A DNA stretch of 50,938 nucleotides from Prorocentrum cordatum. Lineage: Eukaryota. Shown here piece after piece: positions 10,850-24,269 of the stretch (position 1 is the first letter of the stretch; each line of letters opens with the position of its first letter). Under the pieces are notes generated by a model. That model saw nothing but the letters and a program-made list of their open reading frames with translations. It had not been told where the DNA came from and ran no database searches. Made by a program: the position numbers and the translations under genes. The stretch is from positions 620,001 through 670,938 of the forward strand of contig CAUYUJ010000070.1 in the NCBI GenBank assembly GCA_963575745.1, read 5' to 3'.

Positions 10850-12366
10850 AAGCTCTGGGAAATGCGATTTACCGAGGTCTCTTGGGGGCCCGCAGGGGGC
10901 TTCCCTGGGGGGCGCTTGGGGGCTTATTGGGGCTTCTGGGGTGCCTCTTGGGAGCCTCACGGGGCTTCTTGGGAGCCTCTTGATGGCCTCCGGGGGCGTC
11001 CTAGGAGCCTCTCAGGCCAGAGACCTTGAAATGTCGCGCTCTTCGGGCCCTCTTGGGTCGCTCTTGGGGCGCTCTCGAGGCCCTCGTGACTTATCTGGGG
11101 AGAGCCTCCTGGGCCGTCTCTGGTCTTTCCTGGGGAGCCTCTTCGGCCGTCTTGGAGCGATCTGAAGGGCCTCTGACGCCGTGCGGAACATGCGAGAGCG
11201 CAAAATGCGAGCCGGGGAGGCGGAACATGCGAGAGCGCAAAATTGCGGGGCCCTTTGGAGGGGCCTCTGGAGGCGCTCTTGGGGCGTCTTGGTGGCGTCG
11301 TCGGCCGTCCTGAGGCCATCTTCGGCGTGTCTGGGGCCTCTTGGGGCTGTCTTGGCAATCTTTAGGGCCCTCTTGGCGTGTCGCGGCGTGTTTGGGAGCG
11401 GGCCCGGGCAGTCCCGGGAGCCCTGGGGGCTGTTGAATGCTAGGTGTTGTCTTGGAGGCGGAGGCTGTTGAGTGCAGGGTGGCGCGTGCTACGCGGAAGG
11501 CGGGCGAGCGGCCGGGCGGGCGGCGGGCGGGCGGGTGGCGGGCGGGCGGGCGGGCGGGTCGGGATGTGAATGAATTCCTTAAGGGTGCTCTCTTGCAGCG
11601 GGAGCTTGTTGGAGACTGAAGCTGTGTACAGAGTGGTGCGTGCTACGCGGACGGCGGGCGGGCGGCGGCGGGTGCCCTAGGTGGTGGGTCAGAGGCCTCA
11701 TGGGTGTTGGTTTGGATCTCGTGGTTGGCCTGTCGGGGACGTCGTGAAGGCAGTTTCGCAGCTTCTCGGTAGCCATTTTGAAACCGTTGTGGGACCTCCT
11801 CGGGCCTGTTTTGTGGCCTCTTGAGGCCTTGTTTGGGTCTCCTGGGTGCCTCTCGGGGGCCTCCTGGGGCCTCTGGGGGGCTCCTTGGGGCCTCCTGGGG
11901 CACTCTTCAAGCGGGAAGGTCGAATTTTGGAGTCGTGGTCCCCCTCCTGGGCGCATCATGGGGCCGTCTTGGGGCTCTCTTGGGCGCTTCTGGGGCCGTC
12001 TGGGGGCCCTCTTGGGCCGTCTTGGGGCGCTCTTGGGGGCCTCTGGAGCCGGCCTGGAACGTCGGACAGTCGAAAAGGCTGGAAGGCCAAAATCGATCCA
12101 AAACCTCCGTAAAATTAACGATGTTGGTCTCTTGAAGCGCTCGGGAGAGGCGTCTTGAAGCGTCGTGGAGTGCCTTGGGGGGGCTTCTCGGGCCGTCTTG
12201 GGCCTATCTTGGGCGTCCAGGAGCGGTCTTTCGGCGACTCGGGGGCCCGCTTGGACCGTCTGGGGAGCGTCTGGAGGCCCTCCAGGACTATTCTGGACCT
12301 CCCCGGCCGCCCCGTCCTCCCATGGGGGGTCGGGGCACCTGTTTGTGGGCCCCGGGTCTGCCCCGC

Positions 12367-12370
<4 letters not shown>
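10850..12370 (-). repeat. Further 'cttggggcc' family copies with a (GGGC)n patch at ~11510-11560
   Basis: Same degenerate units as 4465-6090; ends at (AT)n. Confidence 0.75.
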
Positions 12371-12427
<57 letters not shown>

Positions 12428-12446
12428 TATACATATACACATACAA

Positions 12447-12493
<47 letters not shown>

Positions 12494-12564
12494 CATGCAT
12501 ATACATATGCATATACATATACATATACACATACACATACATAAACATATACATATACATATAC

Positions 12565-12604
<40 letters not shown>

Positions 12605-12762
12605 GCAAATACATATACATATACAAATACACATACATATACATATACATATATATATATATATGTACATGTGCATGTAGACATACATGTACACATACAT
12701 ATACATATACACATACACTTACACATACACATACACATACACATACATATACATATACAGAT

Positions 12763-12796
<34 letters not shown>

Positions 12797-12828
12797 GCAT
12801 ATACATATACATATACATACACATATGG

Positions 12829-12893
<65 letters not shown>

Positions 12894-12941
12894 TATACAA
12901 ATGTGTATACATATACATCTACATATACATATACATAGACA

Positions 12942-12987
<46 letters not shown>

Positions 12988-13182
12988 CATGTATACATAT
13001 GCATGTACATGCCCATAAACATATACAGATACAAAGACATATACCTATACATAAGCATGTTTATATAATATATATATACACATACACGTACAACTACAAA
13101 TACATGTACATATGCATATGCAGATGCATAAACATATACAAACACACATAAACATACATTTATACATATATACATATATATA
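12371..13182. repeat. (AT)n/(ATATAC)n microsatellite
   Basis: Direct inspection. Confidence 0.95.
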
Positions 13183-13579
13183 CTTCTTCTGGGGCACGAG
13201 CCCTTGTTGCTTTACGCATGTGCATATAGATCCGCCATATCCTGGAGCACGAATCCTTCGTACGCGTGTGCATATAGATTACCCTTCCCCTGGGGCGCGA
13301 AACTTTTTTTATGTTTCACGTATGTGCCGATAGATCGGCCTTCTCTTGGAACACGAACCGTTTTAGTGTTTTAAGTCTGTGCCTATAGATTGACATTTTT
13401 CCTATGGCGCGAATCACTCGTGCTTCACATGCGTGCTGATAGAGTGGTCGTGTCATGGGGGACGAATCCTTAGCGTGAGTGGCCCTCTCCTGGGGCACGA
13501 CCCCATTCCAGGGGCACGAATCTTTGTTGTTTTACGTAGCATCTTATAGAGTTGCCCTCCCCTGGGGCACGAGCCGGGC

Positions 13580-14170
13580 GAAGCGTCACGAGCTTCACCG
13601 GGCGTCAGGAGAATAAGTTTCAGGCCGAAAAGAGGCTTCAGGAGCTTCACCAAGCGCCGGGGGAATAGAAGTTTCAGGCCGAATAGAGGCTTCTCACCGG
13701 GCGCCAAGGGAATAAAGGCTTCAGGCCGAATAGAAGCTTCACGAGCTTCAGCGGGCGTCAACGGAATAGAGGCTTCAGGCCGAATAGAGGCGTCACGAAC
13801 TTCACCGGGCGTCGGGGGAATAGAAGCTTCAGGAGGAATATAGCCCTCACGAGCGTCACCGGGCGTCAGGGGAAGAGAGGCTTCAGGCCGAATAAAGGCG
13901 TCACGAGCTTCACCGGGCGTCGGGGGAATATAAGCCTCAGGCCGAAGAGAGGCTTCACGAGCGTCAATGAGCGTCAGGGAAATAAAGGCTTCAGGCCGGA
14001 TAAGCGCGTCTAGGGTCGCTGCCCCACCAGCGCGTCGCAATTCGTAGGCCGAATAGAGGCGTCACGAGCCGAATAAAGGCTTCTGGCCGACTAGAGACTT
14101 CAACGGAATAGAGGCCCCAGGCCGAATAGAAGCGTCACGAGCTTCACCTGGCGCCAGCGGAATAGAAGCG
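13580..14170 (+). repeat. ~60-bp tandem minisatellite, about 9 degenerate copies
   Basis: Unit approx. gcgtcacgagcttcaccgggcgtcgggggaatagaggcttcaggccgaatagag; preceded by a degenerate ~60-bp repeat containing ctggggcacga (13190-13575). Confidence 0.9.
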
Positions 14171-14259
14171 CCACCGCAGCTCCTTTGGGGAATACCGTCT
14201 TCAAATAAAGTCTTCGCCGCCGGCTCGAACTGGGACCCCCCCGGGCCAGGCCCCTGTGT

Positions 14260-14301
<42 letters not shown>

Positions 14302-14889
14302 AGGCAACAACCTTTCTTAATTTATATATGGTATGTGTGTATGCATGTATGTATGCATGTATGTATATATGTAGGTATGTGCATATGCTTGTATATATGT
14401 AAACAGTTATATATAAACCTATGCGGTGCACGCTTTGCGGTGCAAGCTCCGCGGTGCAAAATAGTTGACAGTCCGCGTGGCGCAGTCTATGCAGTGCAAC
14501 TTCGGCGCAGGGCAGCGGAGCTCGCGGAAGGGAGGAGAAAGGAATGGAGCGGAATGGGAAGGGAGGAGGGGCGGGAGGGAGGGGAGGGAGGGAGGGGAGG
14601 GAAAGAGGGAGGGAGGTGGAACGGGAGGGGAGGAAGGGAGGAAGGGGAGAGAGAAAGGGGTAGTGGAGGAGGAGGAGGGAGGGGGAGTGGGGGAGGAAGA
14701 GGAGGGAAAGGACGGAGGGAGGGAGGAGGAGGATCCCGGATTTTGGATGTGCTTCCGGCACCGACGTTCAACCGCGAGATGCAACGACGCATGCCGCGCA
14801 CACTTGCACCGAGCTGGCCTGAGCCCGCCGACACCTTGCGGGTCTATTGGCGTATCAGAATCTTCCCCTCCATAAGCCCCCGCTGGGTT

Positions 14890-15978
14890 TGGCCTATAGG
14901 GGGGATCTCTTGGGGGCTTGTTGGAGCCTCTTAGAGGCCTCCAGGGGTCTCCTGGGACCTCCTTGGGCGGAAGGGTCGGATTTTCGGTTCGGGCTCCCCC
15001 TCTTGGGCTCTTCTGGGGGCCGTCTTGGAGCTCTCCTAGGTCGTATTGGGGACCTCTTGGGGTATCTTGGCCCTCTCTCGGGACGTCTTTGGAGCCTCTC
15101 GGGCCGTTTTGGGACTCTCTTGGGGGCCTCTTGTACCGCCGTCACCGTTGTGAGGACCGACAAGTCGTAGATGTTAAGAATATACGTCTTCCTATGCAAA
15201 ATCAATGATTTTGGCCTCTTGGGACCCTCTAGCCTCTTGGGGGCCTCTTGGGGCGTCTTTGCGATCTCTTGGGCGCTGTGAGAACCGTCTCGGGCGTCCA
15301 AGGGCTAGCTTTGAGCGCTCCGGGGCTAGACCGAAAAGACGTAGATGCAAAAAAGCACGTTGTCCTATGCAAAAACCGTGGTTTGGGGCGCCTGGGGCTA
15401 CCTTGGAAAGCCTCTTGGGGCGTCGTAGCGGCCTCTTGGGCTCTATGGGAGCCATCTTGGGCGTCCAGGGGCGATCTTTGAGAGCCCTGGGGCCGTCTTG
15501 GACCGATTTGGGAGCCTCTTGGGGTTCCGTGGACACGTCTTGGCCGCCTCTTGAGCACGCCTTGGCCGCCTCTGGGGCTGTCTTGGGCTCCTCTTGGGCC
15601 GTGTTGGGAGCCTCTTGGGCCGTCTTGGGGCCGTCGTGGGGGCCTCTTGTACCCTCGTGCACGCCGTGAAGACCGAAAAGACGTAGATGCTGAAAATGCA
15701 CGTTTTCCTATGCAAAATCAATGATTTTGGCCGCTCGGGGCTCTCTTGGAAAGCAACATGGGGCGTTGTAGCGGCTTCTTGGGCTCAATGGGAGCCATCT
15801 TGAGCGTCCAAGGGCGATCGTTGAGCGCCCCGGGGCCGTCTAGGACTCGTTTGGGGGCCACTTGCGCCTCCTTGGGCACGTCTTGGCCGCCTCTTGGCCC
15901 GGACAGGAGCGCTCCCGGAGCCCCGGAGCGGCCATGGGGGACGCAGGTCCCGGCCTGGCGGCCCCGATCCCCTTTCGC

Positions 15979-15982
<4 letters not shown>
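14890..15982 (-). repeat. 'cttggggcc' family with an internal ~525-bp duplication
   Basis: cctatgcaaaatcaatgattttggcc occurs at ~15191 and ~15707; ends at (AT)n. Confidence 0.8.
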
Positions 15983-16019
<37 letters not shown>

Positions 16020-17040
16020 GTATAGACATGTGTATATATATACACACACATATATGTGGGTGTGTGTACATGAACATACATACATGTATATAGATATATA
16101 CAATGTATATACAGACATACATGCATACATACCTACATGCATACATACATACATACATACATCCATACATCCATACATCCATACATCCATACATCCATAC
16201 ATCCATACATCCATACATACATACATACATACATACATACATACAAACGTGCATACATGCATGCATACATACATTCATACATACATACATACATGCATAC
16301 ATGTACACGTACGTACATACATGCATGCATACCTACATACATACATACATGCATACATGCATACATACATATATGCATACACACATGCATACATACATAT
16401 ACTATACAAGCATACATACATACATACACATATGCATGCATGCATACATGCATATAAGCATACATGCATACATGCATACGTGCATACATACGTACATACA
16501 TACACACACACATACACACATACATACATATATACATACATGCATACATACATACGTACGTACGTACGTACATACATAGATACATTCATGCAGACATACG
16601 TGCATGCACACATACGCACACACACAAAAACCAACATCCATACATACAGGCCGACACACCTACATACATGAATATATGCATGCATGCACCCATACATACA
16701 TACAAATGCATGTACGCATGCGTGCACACCTACATGCGTACATATATACATTCATGCATGCATCAAAACGTACATCTGCAGTCACATGCATACATGTGTG
16801 CATGCATGCATATGCATATGACCATACATACATGCATACAGACATGTGTACACACATGCGCGCATGCTTGCATGCCTACATACATGCATACGTAAATTCA
16901 TACGTACATACATACATGTTCACGTACGTACGTATACGTGCATACGTATCTACGTACAGACGTACATATCTATTCATATCTGCACACATGCATCCGTTAT
17001 ATGCATCCGGTATATGTGTATGTATGTGTGTATGCATGCA
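15983..17040. repeat. (AT)n/(TACA)n/(TGCA)n compound microsatellite
   Basis: Direct inspection. Confidence 0.95.
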
Positions 17041-18395
17041 TCGGCAGTTCTTAGCGGCGAGATGTGAATTTTGGGAGGGCCCTGCAACACACCTGCACCC
17101 AACGTGGCATGCGGCTATGGCACCTCCCAAGGGGGGGTGGGGACAGAGGAGGCGACGTCCGCCTAGCCTCGAGCCTCGAGAGTGGGCAGGGGCGGGGGCG
17201 AGGGCAGGGGCGAAGGGCAGGGCGAAGGCGGGGAGGAGAAGGAGAAGGGAGAGAGGGGGGGGAAGGGGGAGAGGGAGAGGGGAGAGGCAGATGGGGGCAG
17301 GGGAGGGGAGAGAATGGGAAGGGCGAGGGCAAGGGCTAAGAGGAGGAGACGGGCGAAGGGGACGGGGGCGGGGGGGGGGAGGGAGAGGCGCAGGAGGGAG
17401 GAGGGAGAGGCGGTCGCCTACGTGGACGACGGATGACTCTACGCACGCAGGCAGCACATGCCGCAGCAGCGACACACCTGCCGCCGAGTCGGGCCGTTGC
17501 CGCACGCTCGGCTGCAGAGGTGCGACGGATGACGTCCCTGCCCGCTGGCATGAGCCTGCCGAGGAGACAGGGTCAAGGCCTGCTGCCATACCTTGGCCTC
17601 CTCCCAGCCATTGGGAAGCACATTGTAGTTGGCGGACGCCAAGCTCCTTACTCAACCAGCCCTCATCCTTGATGTGCTCCTCCTCCTCCTCCTCCTCCTC
17701 CACCTCCTCCTCCACCTCTTCCTCCTTATCATCCCTCTCCGCCGCCGCCCCCCCCTCCTTCCTCCCTCAGCCCTTCCCCTTCTCGTCCTTATCATCCTTG
17801 CTCTCACCCCTCCTCTCCTGACTGCATTGTTCATGCAGCCGTTGTAAACCATTCAATGATATGTTGTGTACGGCTACGATGCTGCGACATGCAATACTGG
17901 GCTCCGTGATGTCATTTGCCAAAGCATGGCATGCCAGGCAAGGCTATGGTATGCAACGCTATGGGATGTCATGCCTTGCGACGCAATTATTTGATGTGCA
18001 ATGCTGCGATACGCAAATCCACACCATTATATGCCTGTCACGCTCTGCCGTGCTCTCATACGCCATGCTATGCCATGCTATGCCTTGCGATGCATCGCGT
18101 AGCCTTTGTGGATGGCTGCCCTCGTCGACATCCGACTGCGCAGGAAGAGAGAGGATATACGCAATGGTAAGGGATGGAGAAGGGAGGAGCAGGACGTCAG
18201 ATGCGACGCGAGCGCACCCGGCTTGTCTGCCGTCCCCGTCTTCTCCTTGGGCAGGCCGCTGGGCGAGCGAGGCGCCCGTGGCGTCCGCCGCGCCCGCGCG
18301 TGCGGGCCAGGCCAGCCTGGCCCAGCGAGAGCCCGGAGAAGCGGTGGAATACTGGACGACCCCGCATCCCACCTCCAATTCAAGACAACGTAGAC

Positions 18396-18597
18396 TTAAG
18401 TCGGGCGTGTCCCCCTACAGGAGGATGTTCGACGAAAAAATTAAGAAGAAGAATAATAATAATAATATATATATATCATATATATACATGTTTCTTCTAT
18501 AAATAATTAAAAAATGTGTTGATAATGTTTGGACTATGTTGGGGGTATTTCTTATTTTTCGTCGAAATCGCCCTGTAGGGGGACAGGCCCGACATAA
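18396..18597. mobile_element. 202-bp MITE with ~50-bp TIRs and an 8-bp TSD
   Basis: Left TIR ttaagtcgggcgtgtccccctacagg..ttcgacgaaaaa matches the reverse complement of the right end, ttatgtcgggcctgtccccctacagg..ttcgacgaaaaa. ACGTAGAC is duplicated at 18388-18395 and 18598-18605. The core is AT-rich. Confidence 0.92.
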
Positions 18598-18954
18598 ACG
18601 TAGACCCGCCTCCAGCAATCCAGCAGCAAGAAGAGCACCCGAAAGCACGGGCGACCTTCCCCCGCATCCTCGCCGCCTCCCGGCGGCGAGCGCGGGCCCC
18701 GCGCGCCCCGAGCTCTTGGACCGGGAGACGGCGCGCCCCATCCGACGCTCCTCGCCGCCCCCTATCAGGAGGCGGCCGCGGCACGCAGCAGGCAACGGCC
18801 ATCCCTCGGGGGGGGTGGGGGGACGCCGCGTCCGCTGGGGCCCGTACCTTGCGCTCCCCCCCCCCCCCGTGAGCAGTGCGGCGCACGCCACGATGTTGCA
18901 GACCCCCCCCCTCCTCTGAGAAAGCACCCAGCGAGGTCCAACGAGAATGTGCTC

Positions 18955-19660
18955 CCCCTCCGCCTCCTCCTCCGCCTCCTCCGCCTCCTCCTCCGCCTCC
19001 TCCTCCTCCGCGGCCTCCTCCTCCTCTGCCTCCTCCTCCTCCCTGCCCCCTCCTCCTTCTCCTCCTCCCTTTCCCCTCCTCCTTCTCCAGCGCGGCCGTG
19101 CAGGCCACCCTGGCCGTCTGCCCCCAGCGCGGGCGCCCGCCTTGAGGTTCCTGCCCTGGGGCGCGGCACTCTCGCGGTCGGAGGAGCGGCAGCCAGGAGC
19201 AGCCAGGAGCAGCCAGGAGGATCGAGGAGGATCGAGGAGGAGAATCGAGGGAGGGATCGAGGGGGATCGAGGGGGATCGAGGGGGATCGAGGAGGATCGA
19301 GGAAGATAGAGGAGGATCGAGGAGGATCGACGAGGATCGAGGAGGATCGAGGAGGATCGAGGGGGATCGAGGATCATGGGTCTATGCTGGAAAGCCTCCA
19401 GCCGCCTCGGAGGCCCTCTTCCTCCCTCCTCCCTCCTCTTCTTCTCCCGCCTCCCTCTCGCCGGAGTCCTGGAGCAGAGGAAGTCGAGGAGGATGGGGAA
19501 GAGGAGGGACAAAGGACGGAGGAGGGAGGAGAAAGGAAAGAGGAAGGAGGGAGGAGGGAGGGAGGACAGAGGGAGGAGGGAGGGAAAGAGGGAGAGAGGA
19601 GGGAGGAGAAAGGAAAGGGGGGGGCAAGGAGAAAGGAGGGAGGGGAGGCGGGTGGAAGAG
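18955..19660. repeat. (CCT)n, (GAGGATCGA)n and purine-rich low-complexity tracts
   Basis: 9-12-bp gaggatcga units at 19215-19375. Confidence 0.9.
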
Positions 19661-21084
19661 AAACTAGCGCTGGACGTAGCGGCGGCGACGGAAGAGCGGA
19701 GGAAAGCCGAAGTCGATTACATGTGCGCGTCTGCTGGGAGTACTGGGAGCACGGTCGCGTTACGACTAACAGACAGGATGATGCATTCACATGATCATTC
19801 CCCAGTGACCGCTACAGGCTACAGCAAAGGCCACACTTCCAACGCCTATTGGGCATGCACGCCGAGGGAAGCCTGCCGAAGTCAACGACTAGGTGAGACC
19901 GGGAAAGCACATCAGTAGTAAACTCGCTGGAACTAACTTTCAAAATAGCTACGGTCGAGCCGCAAATAGCTGAACAAGAAAGTAACACGCAAGAAGAAGA
20001 TCAGCCCGGAGCAGTGGGGCCTGAAGGAGGAGGAGGAGGAGGAGGACGGTGAAAAGAGGAGCAGGAACGCACGTACCCTGAGAGGAACGGTGCACGATGA
20101 AGCTAGGGAGCCGCCTGCGGGGGCACCTCAGGACATGAACGGGTACATAGCAGGAGGACAGGACGAGGATGATGATAAAGGAGGAGACCAAGGACGAGGA
20201 TGAACAAAGAGGTAGAGAGACACAGGGGGGCGATAAGCAGACGGAACGGCAGCACGAAGACAATGGGGGGAAGGGGGGGAGGTCAGGCCCGCATCGGGGA
20301 CGAGGGGAAGGAGGCGGACAAGGATAAGCGAGGGAGGAGCAGCAAGAGTCGTAGGAGGAGGAAGGAGAGGGCAGAGGAGGCGGAGCGGCCAAAAAGGCTC
20401 AAGCGCCGAACAAATGGGCATGGATAGGAGCAGCCTACACTGGAGATTATGCCCAAGGAAACTTCAGCCTCAGAGCACCGGTCTTGCAAGTCTCATTGTC
20501 TTAACTGGTGGCCCAGGTCTGGGAATGCATTATATCTACCAGTCGACCAGAGTAAACACCCACAAACGACAACATTGGCTCGTAATAACAATTACGTAGC
20601 ATGAGACATGTGTGTCGCTGGTATAATCCTCTATACTTGGAGCACAAGTTTCTTACATAACCGAAGAAAACTCAAGCTCTGAGCTGGAATCTTTTTCATC
20701 CGCAAGTTTCATGGGTGCACAGCTGAGCAACTAGTGTGTCGACGCATACAGCCACTCGTCCACAAGCGCGTGCAGGCCACTACCACGCTCAAGCACAAGC
20801 TCATCGCGGCTCGACAGCACATATCGGCTCTCATGTAGACTGGCTGGAACATCTCATAGTTGGTGGAATGTATCCTCTCAATAGGCGTGCCTGCAGGAGC
20901 TCGTGCTCCTTCCAAAAAGAAAAAGTGGCAGGCTGGTTCCCTAGACCGTGTCTAGCCCCAACTATCCCCCATGCTTCTGGACCTCTCCATGGATCGCGGC
21001 GGGTCGGTCCCGTGGCCCGCGTTGTGCCCAGAAATATCCTCATGGCTCTGGGGTCGTCACCAAGGCTCGGGGGGGGTGGCTTAC

Positions 21085-21845
21085 GTGTGATTTGTTGTGT
21101 TTGTTTGTGTTTGCTTGTGCCTGCTCGTGCAGTACTTGCTCGTGCTTGCTTGCGTTTGCTCGTGTTTGCTCGTTGTTGCGTGTGTTTGCTTGATTGCGAT
21201 CGCTTGCTTGTTTGGTAGCATTCGTTTTGCGTTTGTGTTTGCTGACTGTGTCAGTTCATGATATTCGAATGGCTTGCTTCCAAGCGTACGTGCTTTGATT
21301 CGGACAGTTTGCATGCTGGGCTCGATTGCATGATTCGCATGGCTTGCTTACCTGCCTTCGCATGGCGTGTTTGCTTGCTTATTTGCGTGTATTCTGCAGG
21401 ATTGGTTCCTTGTGGTCGCATGGCGTGGTTGCTACTTGCATATATTCGTGTCGCATGACCTGCTTGCTTGTATTCGTATGTGGCGCACGCATATTTGTGC
21501 TCGATGGCTTGATTGCTCCCCTGATCGATTCGCACGTCTTGTTTCCATGCATTATGTGATTGCCTGCTTGTGTGCGCCGGGGTTGCTTGCTCGCTTGCTT
21601 TCTTGCCTGCTTGCCTGCATGCGCGTACTCGCATACCCAGCTTGGTTGGCATCGTATGGCTTGATTGCCCGCTTGCTTGTACTCGCATGGCCCTATTGCT
21701 TGCTTTCTTGCTTGCCTCTGCTTGATTGCCTTTCGCGCTGATGGCATCCGCATGGCGTGACTGATTGTTGTATCCGCACGGCGTGCTTGCTCGCTTGCCT
21801 GCTCAAGCTCGAAGATACTCAAAGCACTTGCTCCTTTGCCTGCTT
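21085..21845. repeat. Degenerate (GCTT)n/(GCAT)-rich repeat
   Basis: Direct inspection. Confidence 0.8.
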
Positions 21846-22489
21846 CCCCGATCGACTGCATACGCATAGCCTCCCTGCCTCCTTGCCACCGCCCACCCGC
21901 CTGGCGACCCGCCCCGCCGCCCGCCGGCAGCCTGCCCGCGGCCCGGCGACGACCCGCCCGCGACCCCGTGACGGGCCTGCGACCCGCGCCCGAAGCGCTC
22001 CGCCCCGTGACCCGCCCCGCGACCCGCGCCTCTGCCCGTCCCTCTGCCCCTCGGCGATCTGCCCGCGACTCGCCGACGACCCGCGCCGCAACTCGCTCCT
22101 GATCGGCGCCTACAGGCTGGCCCTGTTGTGCACGTGCCCTGGCCGCCTAGAAGTCACAAGGCCGCGTGGCAAACAGGCGCAACTCTTCATAGCGAGATAC
22201 GGAAGCGGTGCACGTGTGGCACCTCCCCGCATCATTGCAGCCCGGATCCGAGTATGCACTCATGGTAAAATTGATCCTGCTCCCTCTCCTCCGTCCTCCC
22301 ATTCTCTTTTCTTGTACGTCCTCCCACTCCTCCTCCCCACTCTGCTCACCCTGTTCCTCAATCCCTTTTCCTTCTGAATAGCTCCTCCCAACCGCACCCC
22401 CAGACGTGTCGGCAGAGCGGGCCGGGCGTTTCGCCTCAGAACTCATCATCATTTATGACCCTGAGACTCGAAAATTGAAAGGTTTTACG

Positions 22490-23070
22490 AACGGAGGGCG
22501 GGCCGCTGCTTGATGTAGCTCTCGCGCTAGCGCCGCACACTGTCGTCTTACGAGTATGCAACAGCTTCACGGATGGAGGGCGAGCGACTTTCAAAATGTG
22601 GCTCTCGCCTTAGCGCCGCACAGATTCGTCAAAGTTTGCAGCAGGGTCGAAGATGGGGGGGCGGGCGGTGTTCAAAATGTGGCTCCCGCACTAGCGCCCC
22701 ACACATTCGTCTTAAAAGTTTGCAACAGTTTCGAAGATGTAATACAGTCCCTTTTCAAAATGTAATGTTTTCCTTGGCGCCGCACGCATTCGTCTTTCAA
22801 GTTTGCAGCAGTTTCGAAGATGGAAGGCGGGCGACTTTCAAAATGTGGCTCTCGCACTAACTAGCGCTCCGCACATACATCTTAAAAAATTGCAGCAGTT
22901 CCAAAGATGGAGGGCGGTCCCTTTTCACAGTGTGGCTGTCGGGTTTGCGCCGCGCACATTCGTCTTGAAAGTTTGCACCAGTTTCAAAGATGGAGCGCGG
23001 GCGGTGTTCAAAATGTGGCTCTCGCACTAGCGCTGCGCACAATAGTCTTAACAGTTTGCAACAGTTTCAC
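22490..23070 (+). repeat. ~80-90-bp tandem minisatellite, 6-7 copies
   Basis: caaaatgtggctctcgcactagcgccgcacacattcgtcttaaaagtttgcagcagtttcgaagatgg recurs at ~22592, 22673, 22756, 22839, 22927 and 23009. Confidence 0.9.
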
Positions 23071-24161
23071 GAATCCGCACAGTCAAAATCCCAGCTGTGG
23101 TGCTGGCAAGATCTAGGACTGGCCGGACCAAACAGTCACGTTGACTCGCGGCGCTGCAGTCCCCAGCACAGCGTTCTGGCACGAATTCGGATTGTCAGGA
23201 CGCAACAATCAAGTTGATCCGCGGCGCTGAGGCCCAGAGAAATATGCTTTGGCACGGCTGAGGATTCTCAGACGGTTGTCTTCTAACAGACCACCACCTG
23301 CAATGGAAATGAACTCCTTCAGGGACCTATGAAGTGGGAACTTGGACGGAGGGTGGACTGCAACATCGTTGATGCGTCTGGGGTGTGCGATGGTCCTCCT
23401 CCTCCCCCTCCTTCTCCTCCTCCTCCTCATCCTCAGCATCATCATCAGCAGCGTCATCATCCTGGCACTCCGTCTCCTCCGCCTGGTCTTTCCCCTCCTG
23501 TTTCTCATCCTGCTCCTTCATCCCCTGTCTCCTACTGCTCATCTCATGCTGTCGTCCTCTCCCTCCTCATCCTCCTCACCATCCTTTCCTCCTCCTCAGC
23601 ATCATCCTTTCCTTCGCGGATATAACGGCCAGCAATTTCTTGTCATTGTGAGCTTCCTCGCTGTTTCAACCATCCCCTCCCCCTCAGCCAACCCTTCTCC
23701 TCCATGTCAGATTCGTCCATGTCTTCCTCCCATTCCCATCCCTCCCTCCCTCCCTCTCTCCCCCCTCCCTCCACATCCTTCTCATTCACCACTACCTCTC
23801 TAAAACCACGCTGCGCATGATCCCTCGAGATTCGAAACATAGCTCTGGCCGATGCCATGATGAACCTGGAACTGTCATGGCACTCGGCCTAGACATGGCC
23901 AGAGGTGAAGAGGGACGAAGATTGTCGAGGAAGACTGTCGAGGAGGAGGAGGAGGAGGAGGAGGAGGAGGAGGAGGAGGGTTCACGCCACAGGCTTTGCC
24001 CGAAGGTTTGCCTAACGTCGAACAAGGAGGACGAGAAGGAGGAGGAGGAGGAGGTGGAAAAGCAGGATGAGAAGAAGTGGGGGGAAGCAGCGGGACGAGG
24101 ACGAGGAAAGGGAGGGAAGGTGGAAGAAGAGGACTGCACACTGGCGACAAAAATCGAGATC

Positions 24162-24269
24162 CTGCGGACCGATGAGCTCCACGACGCACTGCCTCGGCAC
24201 CTCCACGGTCCTGGTCTTCCACTCGGTGGCCTTCTCGAACCCGTCTGTTGTGTACCAGTCGTTCGACAG
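24162..24269 (-). CDS. Exon encoding the start of a KH domain (host RNA-binding protein gene)
   Basis: Reads LSNDWYTTDGFEKATEWKTRTVEVPRQCVVELIGPQ, matching KH beta1-alpha1 up to the GxxG loop. 108 nt, with a CAG acceptor and a putative GA donor. Confidence 0.6.

Noticed and set aside
11769..11780. gtagccattttg matches part of the dinoflagellate spliced leader
   Set aside because: Only 12 nt, lacks the GCTCAAG end and lies inside a dispersed repeat
18388..18605. MITE as an introner element
   Set aside because: The GT/AG pairs tested in the TSD and TIR do not restore the pre-insertion sequence (-1, +5 or -4 nt)
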